Positions 56,801-64,000 of a DNA stretch of 64,000 nucleotides are shown here, piece by piece. Made by a program: the position numbers and the translations under genes. Origin of the DNA: Schmidtea polychroa (lineage: Eukaryota). The stretch is taken from the NCBI GenBank assembly GCA_044892525.1, contig CM097885.1, positions 67,332,001 to 67,396,000 of the forward strand. Reading direction: 5' to 3'. The notes below the pieces were generated by a model that saw only the letters and a list, made by a program, of their open reading frames with translations, ran no database searches and was not told the origin of the DNA. Position 1 is the stretch's first letter; the number at the start of each line of letters is the position of its first letter.

Positions 56801-59800
56801 CCACCATATTCCCTTTCATTAAATCCCATTGAGGAATCGTTTTCTAAATGGAAAAATGTTGTGAGAAGAGCTAATTGTGCTAATGTTGAAAATCTCATGG
56901 TGGCTTTTGAGGATGGATGGAACAGTATAACTGTAGAAGATTGTGACGGTTATTATAGGCACGTGAAACGTGAATTACGAGTTGCAATGGAAAATCTGCC
57001 ATTTAATTGAGTATTTAAATTATTTATTAATTAATTTATTTATGTATTAATGTATTTATTTTTTTCCCAAATAAAACATTTACATGCTTGTATTTTTTTT
57101 ATTACGAAATTGACTTTCTAAAAAACGAATTCGTCATTTTTAAAATTAAATAATTATTCAATAAAATTAATTTAAATTCCAAAATAATTTTATTGTCGAT
57201 TTCATTTATTTTCATTTAATTTTCGATTAGATCAATGTTTTATATTTAACACAAATTTTCAGCCTATTATTTCAATGATTATCTAATTTTAAAATATAAA
57301 ATATTATTTGAATAAATAATTTGAGATTGGTAAACAAATATTTGAAAAAAGATGTGATGAAAATAAATTTAAAATGTTATCTATGGTTTTTAAATGAAGA
57401 TAAAGGAAATGAAAAGCACATCAGTTGAAAACGGTATTATCAACCATAAAGCCAACGTCGATTCCAAATGAAAGTAAGGATACTTATAAGAAAATTTAAT
57501 TCAAATTTTATTCTTATCAAAACATTAATGAAGCTATAAATTTAATTTCGATGAATTTACTGACATTAGAAATAAAAATTTTAATTTATTAGCTAAATTT
57601 AAACCAATTTACTTACCTTGATTACAAATATGAAATTTTCTCCCATTTCCTTCTGGTGCCTTTGTTAATGAGAAATCAGATACAAGCAATACGAAACCAT
57701 CACCTCGAACTGGATGAAGCAAATGTTATAGCACATAAATAAGCCATTATAAAACAAATTGAAAAATATAAACCACAAAGAGCAAGCAAGTATATACTAA
57801 TTTCAGGGTTGTGGAGTCAACGCCAACTCCATAAACTTAAAAGACAAAAATATATAAATCAATTGCGGGAATTCAAAGTGAGTAGGGAGTCTATATTTTT
57901 GAATAATGGATTTCTCTTCAAAAATAAAAGTATTTAAAAAGTGTGGAACAACAGTTTTTATTTAAAATAAATTCGGCATAATACAAAATTTTTCTAAGAA
58001 ATAATGGCTTCAATTAAATCCTCATTCATAGATGTCCTTAAATTCATTTTTAATTATTTTAAAGGCTGGAAATAATCATTCTACAATGACTTGTGTTCTA
58101 AACATATCCGACAAGAATCGAGTCGCTAATAGTTTCAGAGTAAAAAGCGATGGCTTATTCCATATTCAATTTTAATAAGCAGTCATATTTTTCAATTTTA
58201 TTTAATCCTTTTAAAAACTCCTGTTCAAATATTATTTTAGATATTTGTTGGATCTATTTCTTCATTCAAACTTATCCGATTCATTTTTGAAAGTTTTAAT
58301 TTATCTTAATATATCTTGAAGTTTAACTACATTTTATGAAAAAAATTATGGATCAGATATATATATTATTTTAGAAAATTTTAATTCTATTCAAATATTT
58401 TTAAATTAAAAAAATCGATGAAAAATTAAATAAATGGATTACATATTAAACGAATTATGTAAATGTATAAAAGTAGAATCGTAAAACAACTAGACAAAGC
58501 TGAAGATAGAGGAATGAGAGGTGTTATGAAAGATTGCAGAAAAGATTTTCTAATCGAATTTATGTTGTTTGAACTACATAAAGTTAATGAATTTGCAGAA
58601 CTTATTATTTTATTAAAATTTAATTAATTTTTTTTGTATTGTCTTAGATTTGTGTATTTAATAATATTTTAGTTTTGTTCTATACATTTATTTGTTTGTT
58701 TGTTTTATTAAATTAAATTAAATTTTTTTGGGGGGATAGAATATACTTGTCCTCGATCGGTGGGCAAAATATACCTGATCCAAAATTCCTATCTGCCATT
58801 ATATCATTGTTTGTTTAAAATTGTAATATGTAATTATGTTATTACACAACAATAATAAAAAAAAATTACCTATAACAATTTTAAATAATTTACACTTAGA
58901 ACAAAATAATCTAATATAAAAGTTGTGGAATATAGAAAGTGAAAATGATAACAATATTATAAAATAACAATAATACTGTTTATGTTGCTTTTTTGAGGGC
59001 CTACAATTATATTATATTCATAGGAAACTTTGGTTGGTCTATTGTATATTTAGCAAGCACGAGCTCATTGCACAAAATTATCGGCAGAAGTTCATACTAA
59101 AAACGATTTCTCGTTAATAACGAGTCGTTATAATGAAATGTGAAGTCGGAGTGGAATAAAATAAATCGACTATGACACCACAAACAAGAAACTCCTACTT
59201 CTCAGTCCTGATTAACTGGCCTAAAGTTTTATTAAACAGTATTTTTAACTTCATTTAACTATTAGGTGAGACTTATTGAACAAATCTTATCGCATAACAT
59301 CTAAACGTTTTTAATTTATAATTGGAAACTTTTCAAAATAAGATTTTGAGTCAACATAATTAGTCAACAAAAACCTTATTAGAAGGGACTCATCTTGGAA
59401 ATTGAAGTGATATTCAGCAAAGAATTCATCAAAACTTTTTTACTCTTGAAATTTCTTCACAATTGTTATATAATAATTGCGTTTCCATCCCATTATTATG
59501 ATGTAATTAGCTTTAAAAGATTAAAAATACTTATAATTTTAATTGATAACATGACATTTTTATTCCAATGTTATCTGAAAATCTACTTTCTTTAATCGAA
59601 TGATGCATAATATGTCTAATTTCACCCAGGAATTCTATTAAACGGTTATTCAATATTAAATATATTTTTTAATATAAATCACTAATTTTCATGGTAACGA
59701 TGAGTTGAAATAATTCTTAAATTTGCATTTTTATTATTAATATTAAATTATAGTTTTTTGGTAGCAGCATAAATTAAATATTAAATAAGTAAATGATAAG

Positions 59801-61773
59801 ATAAGCCTTTTGTTGCAATGTATTAAATGAAAAAAATTTCGATTATTAGATAATCCATTTCAATTTTTTTCAATTTATCTATTATTATCTACTATTTATT
59901 TATTTATTATTTTTAATATTAAAATTTTTTTATTTATTAATANNNNNNNNNNNNNNNNNNNNNNNNNNNNNNNNNNNNNNNNNNNNNNNNNNNNNNNNNN
60001 NNNNNNNNNNNNNNNNNNNNNNNNNNNNNNNNNNNNNNNNNNNNNNNNNNNNNNNNNNNNNNNNNNNNNNNNNNNNNNNNNNNNNNNNNNNNNNNNNNNN
60101 NNNNNNNNNNNNNNNNNNNNNNNNNNNNNNNNNNNNNNNNNNNNNNNNNNNNNNNNNNNNNNNNNNNNNNNNNNNNNNNNNNNNNNNNNNNNNNNNNNNN
60201 NNNNNNNNNGACCTTATGACGAGTACTAATTATTTTATTTAAGTTGAAGATAATAGAAATTAAAAATGAAAAAAAAATAAATAAAAAATTATAAATAATT
60301 TACAAACGTTATAAACTCACAAGCTAAATTTCGATAATCATGACAATCTATTGAGAAATCCAATATTTGATCTGTGTAGGATTTGCACCAAACTTTATTG
60401 CCACTGTCAGTGTTCCACATGACTAAATCCCCTCCATTGTGGAGAGCCAGTATAAAATCAATTGATACCTCTTGGTGTCTTGCCCAATGAAAATCTATAT
60501 TCAGTTTTCAAAACAAATAGTGTTTATCTTATCGATTATTACCCAAAACCTTTTTATTAGAATATCCAAAATCGGATAAAATAGTCGCGTACGTCGCTTC
60601 CCATACGACAATCGTTCCAGAAATATCAGCAGATGCCAGTTTAAGGGAATAATTTTTCTTTAAATCATGATAGAAATTTTCCGGTGCCCATTTGACCTAA
60701 TATTGCAAATCAATAACAGGTTTTGACCAATTACCGACCAATTTTCAATACAACATCACAAAATGGATGAGTGTCACTAAAATCCCCCAAAATCGTTGGC
60801 ATTCTTCATTTAAAAAAGGGAATTAATACGTTTATTGCCCCTTTATTCTTCGAAAAACCGCATTTAGTGAATTTAGTTTGCAGATGTAATTAATATGAGT
60901 TCAATGCTAAATTTCATGGACTTTTGGTGTTGTTTAACCGTTTCCAATTTCATTATTGCCAAACTTCAAACATTTTACGGAGATGAGATGCAAACATTAA
61001 AGCAGTCAATCGATCTTATTTTGTAACAGTTACGCTTCAAGGAACCAATGTAACCCCCGGGACTTCTTAAAACAATGATTTAAACTAAAAAATTAACTGG
61101 AAAAGAAAGTATGGCGTATTGCAAAGGACATTAGAAACTCAATGCAAATACGAAAGGAATTTCTTTTCAATAATAATATATGTTTAGCTGCGGTCTAAGT
61201 TGATGTATATAATTCTATAAGAATTAAACCAGTTGTAAAAGTAAAAGAATGCTTATTGTCAATGCTACAAACTATAGTAAATTAAGAAATACCAAAAGCA
61301 AAGATTACAGCTAAATCACGAATTGTGGAATCACAAGCCCTTTCTGTTGAAATTTTATCAAAAATTAAAAAGAAGCAATTAAATTCACAATTATAATTAT
61401 CATATTATAATTATTTATAATTATAATTATTTATATATATATACTAAAATTGAATAATTTATAAATTTTATTTTTGGTTAAATCTGAAAACATTAAATAT
61501 ATAAAGTTATTACCAGATGAACAGGTTGGGAGTGTTTTTCTAGAGTTTGAACTAACTGTAGTAAAAATTTCAAATAAACAACCAAATTTCAATTTACCTG
61601 GCCGGATTTGGGATCAACAATCTGAACAAAATTGTTATTTCCACACGCTAGTAAACCTTGCCATCCTCTGAAATTAATAAGAAAATAAAATTATTTATTA
61701 ATATTTAAACCTACATATCACTGCTGAAATAATTTTGAGAATGAAAAGTTCCAGGTAAGATCTTAAATTTCAT
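9964..61773 (-). CDS. WDR11: WD repeat-containing protein 11, multi-exon gene
   Basis: Exons were read manually and match WDR11 in order. 61773-61715 MKFKILPGTFHSQNYFSSD; 61667-61598 GWQGLLACGNNNFVQIVD; ~61557-61513 LVQTLEKHSQPVHL; ~60650-60330 KWAPENFYHD...LASADISG...VMWNTDSGNKVWCKSY; ~57730-57617 VSDFSLTKAPEGNGRKFHI; ~52465-52343; ~49770-48900 NHIIIVYPREVLIMDL, YCLHENG; ~46100-45390 PLLAVGNSKG, IRGIEW, PIEMVRVSSLRQY; ~43330-42952 IIGDSDGSALFWNFK; ~22139-21960; ~20790-20260 LFGDDYELKFW, KRTTHKQTQKC; ~19893-19566 DRAVRLLLET...ACRYLETYHEWKTATWLAK; 17551-17471; 10164 onward. Junctions checked are GT-AG. The 3' end is uncertain and an additional terminal exon is possible. Confidence 0.93.
10428..11698 (+). 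mobile_element. Internally deleted hAT element
   Basis: TIRs CAGTAGCGGATTAAG / CTTAATCCGCCCCTG. Perfect 8-bp TSD CTTGTATG on both sides. Transposase fragments in ORFs 10632-10844 and 10911-11327 (FPNVHIALRIYLSMMTSNCS.E). Confidence 0.92.
13907..17298 (-). mobile_element. hAT (Ac/hobo-like) element with a decayed transposase and an embedded Gypsy integrase fragment
   Basis: TIRs TAAGGCATCC ... GGATGCCTTA. Perfect 8-bp TSD ATCTCAAT (13899-13906 and 17299-17306). Subterminal CCGGG motifs. Transposase pieces FTISFDEW, TVTDGAAVMVKVG...CLTHTIHLA, LEPVKLAVKALCRRNATLL and ERVFSGCG at ~14100-15600. Confidence 0.92.
16274..17210 (-). CDS. Ty3/Gypsy-type integrase (HHCC, rve core, GPY/F), with an intact reading frame
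   Basis: Part of ORF 16274-17359: LHNACHAG...CETC zinc finger, FVDIGGP, IKVDCG, PYHHQTNGQIERQFRTI and YEGPYKVIEKV. A PPT-like purine tract AAGGAGGGAGA lies near the 3' end. The first ~50 codons of the track ORF come from flank and TIR sequence. Confidence 0.9.
21547..21830 (+). mobile_element. Helitron 3' fragment (PIF1-like helicase C-terminus)
   Basis: CFSHGQLYVACSRIGTGKNLYVFAPDGKTRNIVYQTAL* plus a 3' tail nearly identical to 50118-50400. Confidence 0.85.
23285..23830. repeat. Subterminal tandem array of ATGACTCAT and TCAAGGTCA motifs (left arm)
   Basis: About 22 ATGA(C/G)TCAT and about 15 TCAAGGTCA by eye. Mirrored, with different copy number, at ~39010-39520. Confidence 0.9.
24008..24085 (+). 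promoter_or_regulatory. Conserved internal module, copy 1 (TATA-ACTC/GAGT-TATCC-GACAAAATATTTTGTC-CCCCTAT-GGGTACTG repeats)
   Basis: The same module recurs at 27618-27697 (+), 29498-29648 (+) and 31633-31735 (-), with mirrored copies in the right arm. A regulatory function is inferred, not shown. Confidence 0.5.
24160..26040. repeat. 72-bp minisatellite plus ~18-21-bp TTTTCAAGGTCATATTATTA / TTTTCAAAATATTATTA subrepeats
   Basis: TTTGTTTAAATCG recurs at 24231, 24303 and 24375 (72-bp period). A shorter mirrored array lies at ~37850-38700. Confidence 0.9.
26071..26375. other. Assembly gap, mirrored by gap 37514-37812
   Basis: N run. Its flanks AACGCCCGC and TTCATAAAAC are the reverse complements of the flanks of the right-arm gap. 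Confidence 0.99.
26376..27480. repeat. 9-bp-period ATTTTC(A)/GAAAAT low-complexity array
   Basis: Tandem NNNGAAAAT units on the minus strand, mirrored at ~36420-37513. Followed by a (TTA)n microsatellite at ~27538-27620. Confidence 0.85.
27822..28466 (+). pseudogene. Frameshifted B-box-like plus C-terminal IAP-type RING E3 ligase gene (element cargo, left arm)
   Basis: ECVNHKTHLVTLLFCQ / YICHLC (two frames) leads into ORF 27974-28228. ORF 28179-28466 ends CSICKENQVSILYLPCGHVIVCSKC...CLIL...IYM*, an IAP/MYLIP-like RING with the last Cys lost. Confidence 0.7.
29900..31335 (-). pseudogene. Heavily decayed F-box-like/LRR-like gene (element cargo, left arm)
   Basis: Read from the mirrored + copy at ~32575-34000: LCNDIDKIILSYIF (F-box-like start), then LRR-like pieces MKYLKSLELIGIDI and LRNIDLKVGNRQQLKKIDL across many stops and frameshifts. 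Boundaries are approximate. Confidence 0.35.
31681..32225. other. Unique central spacer of the fold-back element
   Basis: No mirror symmetry between ~31681 and ~32225. Contains the TATA/palindrome core of module copy 4 (31681-31735). Confidence 0.85.
35440..36084 (-). pseudogene. Mirror copy of the B-box/RING cargo gene (right arm)
   Basis: ORFs 35440-35727 and 35678-35932 translate identically to the left-arm ORFs. Confidence 0.7.
40177..42010 (+). mobile_element. Internally deleted hAT element
   Basis: Ends TAGGGTTT... and ...CAATCCCTA with subterminal TTACCGG repeats. Perfect 8-bp TSD CTGATATC (40169-40176 and 42011-42018). + strand PTSVDSERVFSGSG...LSFLRSYFL at ~40866-40990. Confidence 0.9.
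41083..41825 (+). mobile_element. Solo LTR (Gypsy-like), nested in the hAT element
   Basis: TGTTGGGTT ... AACCCAACA termini, 4-bp TSD ATAT, and AATAAA near the 3' end. Confidence 0.75.
42538..42744. mobile_element. MITE with ~45-bp TIRs
   Basis: TTAAACAAGTAAATGATAATATAAGCCTTTTTGCTGCAAAG ... CTTTGCAGCAAAAGGCTTATATTATCATTTACTTATTTAA. Related half-copies near 50500 and 59790. Confidence 0.7.
43908..44263. mobile_element. MITE with 37-bp TIRs and an 8-bp TSD (Merlin- or hAT-like)
   Basis: GGTACTTCCGTGTTATCTTACCCCCAAAAATTAAATT is inverted at the other end. Flanks TAGACGGT/TAGACTGT (7/8). Confidence 0.8.
45252..45278 (+). mobile_element. Helitron-type 3' terminus
   Basis: Hairpin CTCGG-ATGAAG-CCGAG followed 7 nt later by CTAG then T. 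Confidence 0.5.
46770..46821 (-). mobile_element. End of a piggyBac-type MITE related to 51711-51946
   Basis: GGCAAAGCACTGTCAGTCAAAAATGACTGACATGGCAATGAGTG followed by TTAA is the reverse complement of the left end of the 51711 element. The other end was not found. Confidence 0.6.
47304..48415 (-). mobile_element. Internally deleted hAT element
   Basis: Left TIR CAGTGGCGTTA, degenerate right TIR TGATGCTATTG. TSD TCTGTGAA/TTTGTGAA (7/8). ORF 47526-47771 VASCERSFSKLKFIKNYLRSAM. Confidence 0.88.
49867..50403 (+). mobile_element. Short non-autonomous Helitron
   Basis: ORF 49945-50247 ends INKAQGQS...CFSHGHLYVACSRIG (PIF1-like helicase C-terminus). 3' end ...GGGTACCTCAGCTAG then T. Probable 5' TCTAACACTAACTATATT (approximate). 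Confidence 0.85.
51711..51946. mobile_element. piggyBac-type MITE
   Basis: TTAA flanks on both sides. 14-bp TIR CACTCTCAGTGCCA ... TGGCACTGAGAGTG. Confidence 0.85.
52850..53900 (-). pseudogene. Decayed cut-and-paste transposase (hAT-related, DGTxxNxG / HxNELP type)
   Basis: Minus-strand LVSDGTSVNIGANNGVIRKIEQ...HANELPLKKLIEVTDG across stops and frameshifts. Termini were not found. Confidence 0.55.
54233..54550 (+). CDS. Unknown 105-aa ORF (basic RAERKRKQRER segment, acidic C-terminus) in a GC-richer insert
   Basis: ORF track. Composition differs from the AT-rich surroundings. No family recognised. Confidence 0.3.
   Translation: MGTSQAPQAIASTSLAIPINPSTSKPKRRLMSRAERKRKQRERIAAQHNIPPTELTNGVSVPSVTVVPTSEAAGRIISAAGVTWEENASEFFDLEELLAATEWEK
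55790..57130 (+). mobile_element. Tc1/IS630-like DNA transposon
   Basis: Repeated (G)TCAATTTCGTA motif at ~55810-55960, inverted (ATTACGAAATTGAC) at ~57100, flanking the transposase. Exact ends and TA TSD not resolved. Confidence 0.75.
55898..57010 (+). CDS. Tc1/IS630-family DD34E transposase, uninterrupted ORF
   Basis: N-terminal HTH-like region, then FLDEVGF, MDNVSFH and LPPYSLSLNPIEESF, with 34 residues between the second D and the E. Likely ATG at ~55974 (MSMQSQ). Confidence 0.92.
   Translation: MKGQFRILKDQFHFLDSRFRNQFIIMSMQSQTPRIKRQSYNRIDPSLRSRIIQAYNNGQSVSSLSAYENLQRSTIYSIIVTLKKTGTSSVIPRGGLRHSKVNEEVREYVRNLVDADCSLSLRRIGAAVFEGLGINISNPTIYKCLKDLHYSLKLIKILPQRRNDFDVIETRRIYSANFYNLEERFPPNKIIFLDEVGFNVSLRVKHGRVPVGETPTTIVTNIRSRNISVCCAMTGCDMLFKKVNDRPYNEIIFQNYLNSIFECLRERNLENCIMTMDNVSFHRYMSIRTLLEANGHQVVYLPPYSLSLNPIEESFSKWKNVVRRANCANVENLMVAFEDGWNSITVEDCDGYYRHVKRELRVAMENLPFN
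59943..60209. other. Assembly gap in a WDR11 intron
   Basis: N run. Confidence 0.99.
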
Positions 61774-64000
61774 TAGAGAAATTAGCAAAATCTGAAAAAT
61801 GAATTTTAAAATGTTTTAAACTTTCAATTTTAACGTACAATTTGTTAAAATGTGAATAATTAATTTAAAATTTATTATTACTAGATTTAGAATTTTAAAT
61901 ATTTTATTAAGTTTGTAATTTTAGAATAATTCAAAATATAATTTATTTTCTTTAAATTTTAAAACAAATTGATGTTAAAATGACGAAGAATTAGTTTTTA
62001 AAAAATGGAAACATTTTCTATTAATTTTACAGTTTTTATGTATTTTGGACACATTTAATAAATTCAATTAACAATTATTTTATTTTATCCAATAGGTTGT
62101 TGTTATGTGATCCACGTACAAAAATTTGAAGAACCTGTATAATTATTAGGACTCAAAAAGAAATATTATAACCGTAGCTTACCTGACTACATCAGTTTAA
62201 CCGCCAGTATCCGTTTTTCTGAACAGTTTTTAAAACATTCGTAATTGATTAAAAATAATTAACGACAATTAAAAATTCTAGTATGATAAATATTGTTGAC
62301 ATCGATACCAAGAACGTTCAAATGCACCACAAGAAAAATACGGAAAATACGATCAAACATTAACTTAACAATAATACGAAAATAATAAGTAAAAGAATAT
62401 AAGAAAACGAATATAATAAAATTGCACCACAAGAAGTCGCAAAAATTAACAAATTAAGAATTATTGAATAATTAGAAGAGCACTTAATTGTCGAAATTCC
62501 CAATAAAAGACACAAAAGAATTGAAATTAATATGGCAACCAAAATAGCTAAAACGGTTAAAAGTAATTAAAAATTAATTAAATTGACACAAAGAAAACAA
62601 AACATTTGAATCAAATCCAATCATAAAATAAAAAGATGAAAAGAAAATGATTGGATTTGAAAGCATCACATATGGAGCGGAAAAAAAATGATTGACTAAC
62701 AAATACACACACGCAAATGTTGTAGGAGAATAAAGAAAAGGAATCACTGGGAATGCGATAGATGGTGTCTTCTAAAAATTATATATCTCGATAACTATTA
62801 GAGATAATAGACAAACTGGAGATGACCGAACGAAATGCACTGGATGTAGGAATCTAAACTAAAGTCAATATCAGTAAGTGCCTTTAGATTTCAGACTATG
62901 AAAGGAAACACAAAATGAATTTGTCACACTGTGACGACTCAATTTAGAACAATTCAGTCAAGAAAATATATAATGTAGAAACTCAACTCTTTTTGCTAAA
63001 ACTATCCCGGTATTAATTTGTTTGAGAAAAATAAAAAATATTTCTTTTCATACTAAGCTATAAGAAGTCGGAAATAGTTTGAATATCATTTTGATAGTTG
63101 GCCTCATCTCTAAAAGCTTGGTAATATTGATTAGGGATGAGTGTTAGTTAGGAGAGTGACATTGTTACCTTAACACATTACTAATCGAACGAATTGCGTT
63201 TGAGTATGACCTAGCTACCGCGCATTTTTTACAATTGACAACTAGTGACTTTCTTAAAAGTTTATCAGCGTTCCATTTTACTCTTTTTATTATAAAACAA
63301 ATTAGTGATAATTTAGCGTGAGTGAAGAAGTGAGCAAGCAAGAGGTATCAAAATATATTTGAAATATCCCGTTTACAGTACTGTGTTGCATTACATTCCT
63401 AAACGAGGAGATCTCTCCAAATAGTCGACAAAAAAACAAAAATAAAACTAAATTTAAATTAAAATCATAATTAACATCTTTTAGAACATTCATTTTTATT
63501 TAATTGAATATTTATGCGAAAATGCAAGCTAAAACACAATGAAAAATAAAATACAAGTTTTCAATTTAATAATCAACTTCATATAATTTTCCGGTGGTTT
63601 CAAAAGTTTGCATCAAAAGTACAACAGCTTAAAAAGTGGAATGTGTCATGTATATAAAGGCCATATTTACTGTAAATTTTCATTTAAATAGGGGAAATTT
63701 CCTAGAAAATCGAGATTATTTCATTGATTTGTCAAAAACAAATCTTAGTCTCAAACTTCTTATTAGTCGTATTAGAAACATAAAACCTTTTATATTTTTA
63801 ATTTAAATTAAATTTATATTATTTTTTTTTAAAGAAAAAAAATATTTTTAAAATTTTTCCATAAATCTTTATTTTGTACCTATGGGAATTTTCCTTTTTG
63901 TTAAATTTTTAGTTTTATTGAAACTTCCTAGTTCAATTCAGAGTTTCCTCCCAATACAGCGATGTCCGAAAGGCCCTCAACAACTTCATAAGATTGAAAA

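Noticed and set aside
62290-62900. Hydrophobic ORF 62360-62542 (-), or a decayed retroelement gag/protease on +
   Set aside because: The hydrophobicity reflects an A-rich opposite strand. The + frame has many stops and no clear DTG/DSG motif.

Overview
AT-rich, intron-containing invertebrate genomic DNA with three assembly gaps. A planarian-like host is an inference from base composition and the mix of ~40-55 nt and multi-kb introns. A minus-strand WDR11 orthologue spans most of the window (ATG at 61773, last recognisable exon near 9964-10164), and the 5' part of an SPSB/gustavus-type SPRY gene lies at 1-593 (minus). The large WDR11 introns hold many TE relics: several hAT elements with verifiable 8-bp TSDs, a Tc1/IS630 element with an intact DD34E ORF, Helitron ends, piggyBac-type and other MITEs, a Gypsy solo LTR and a Gypsy integrase fragment. 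The standout is a 16.5-kb fold-back element (23147-39635) inside one WDR11 intron. It has Polinton/Maverick-type ends (5'-AGTAG...CTACT-3', 6-bp TSD AGTATG), but its inverted arms are ~8.5 and ~7.4 kb around a ~0.55-kb spacer. No Polinton core genes are readable. It carries decayed B-box/RING and F-box/LRR-like cargo, an AP-1 plus nuclear-receptor site array, and a repeated TATA + 16-bp palindrome + GGGTACTG module, one copy of which sits at the fold-back junction.
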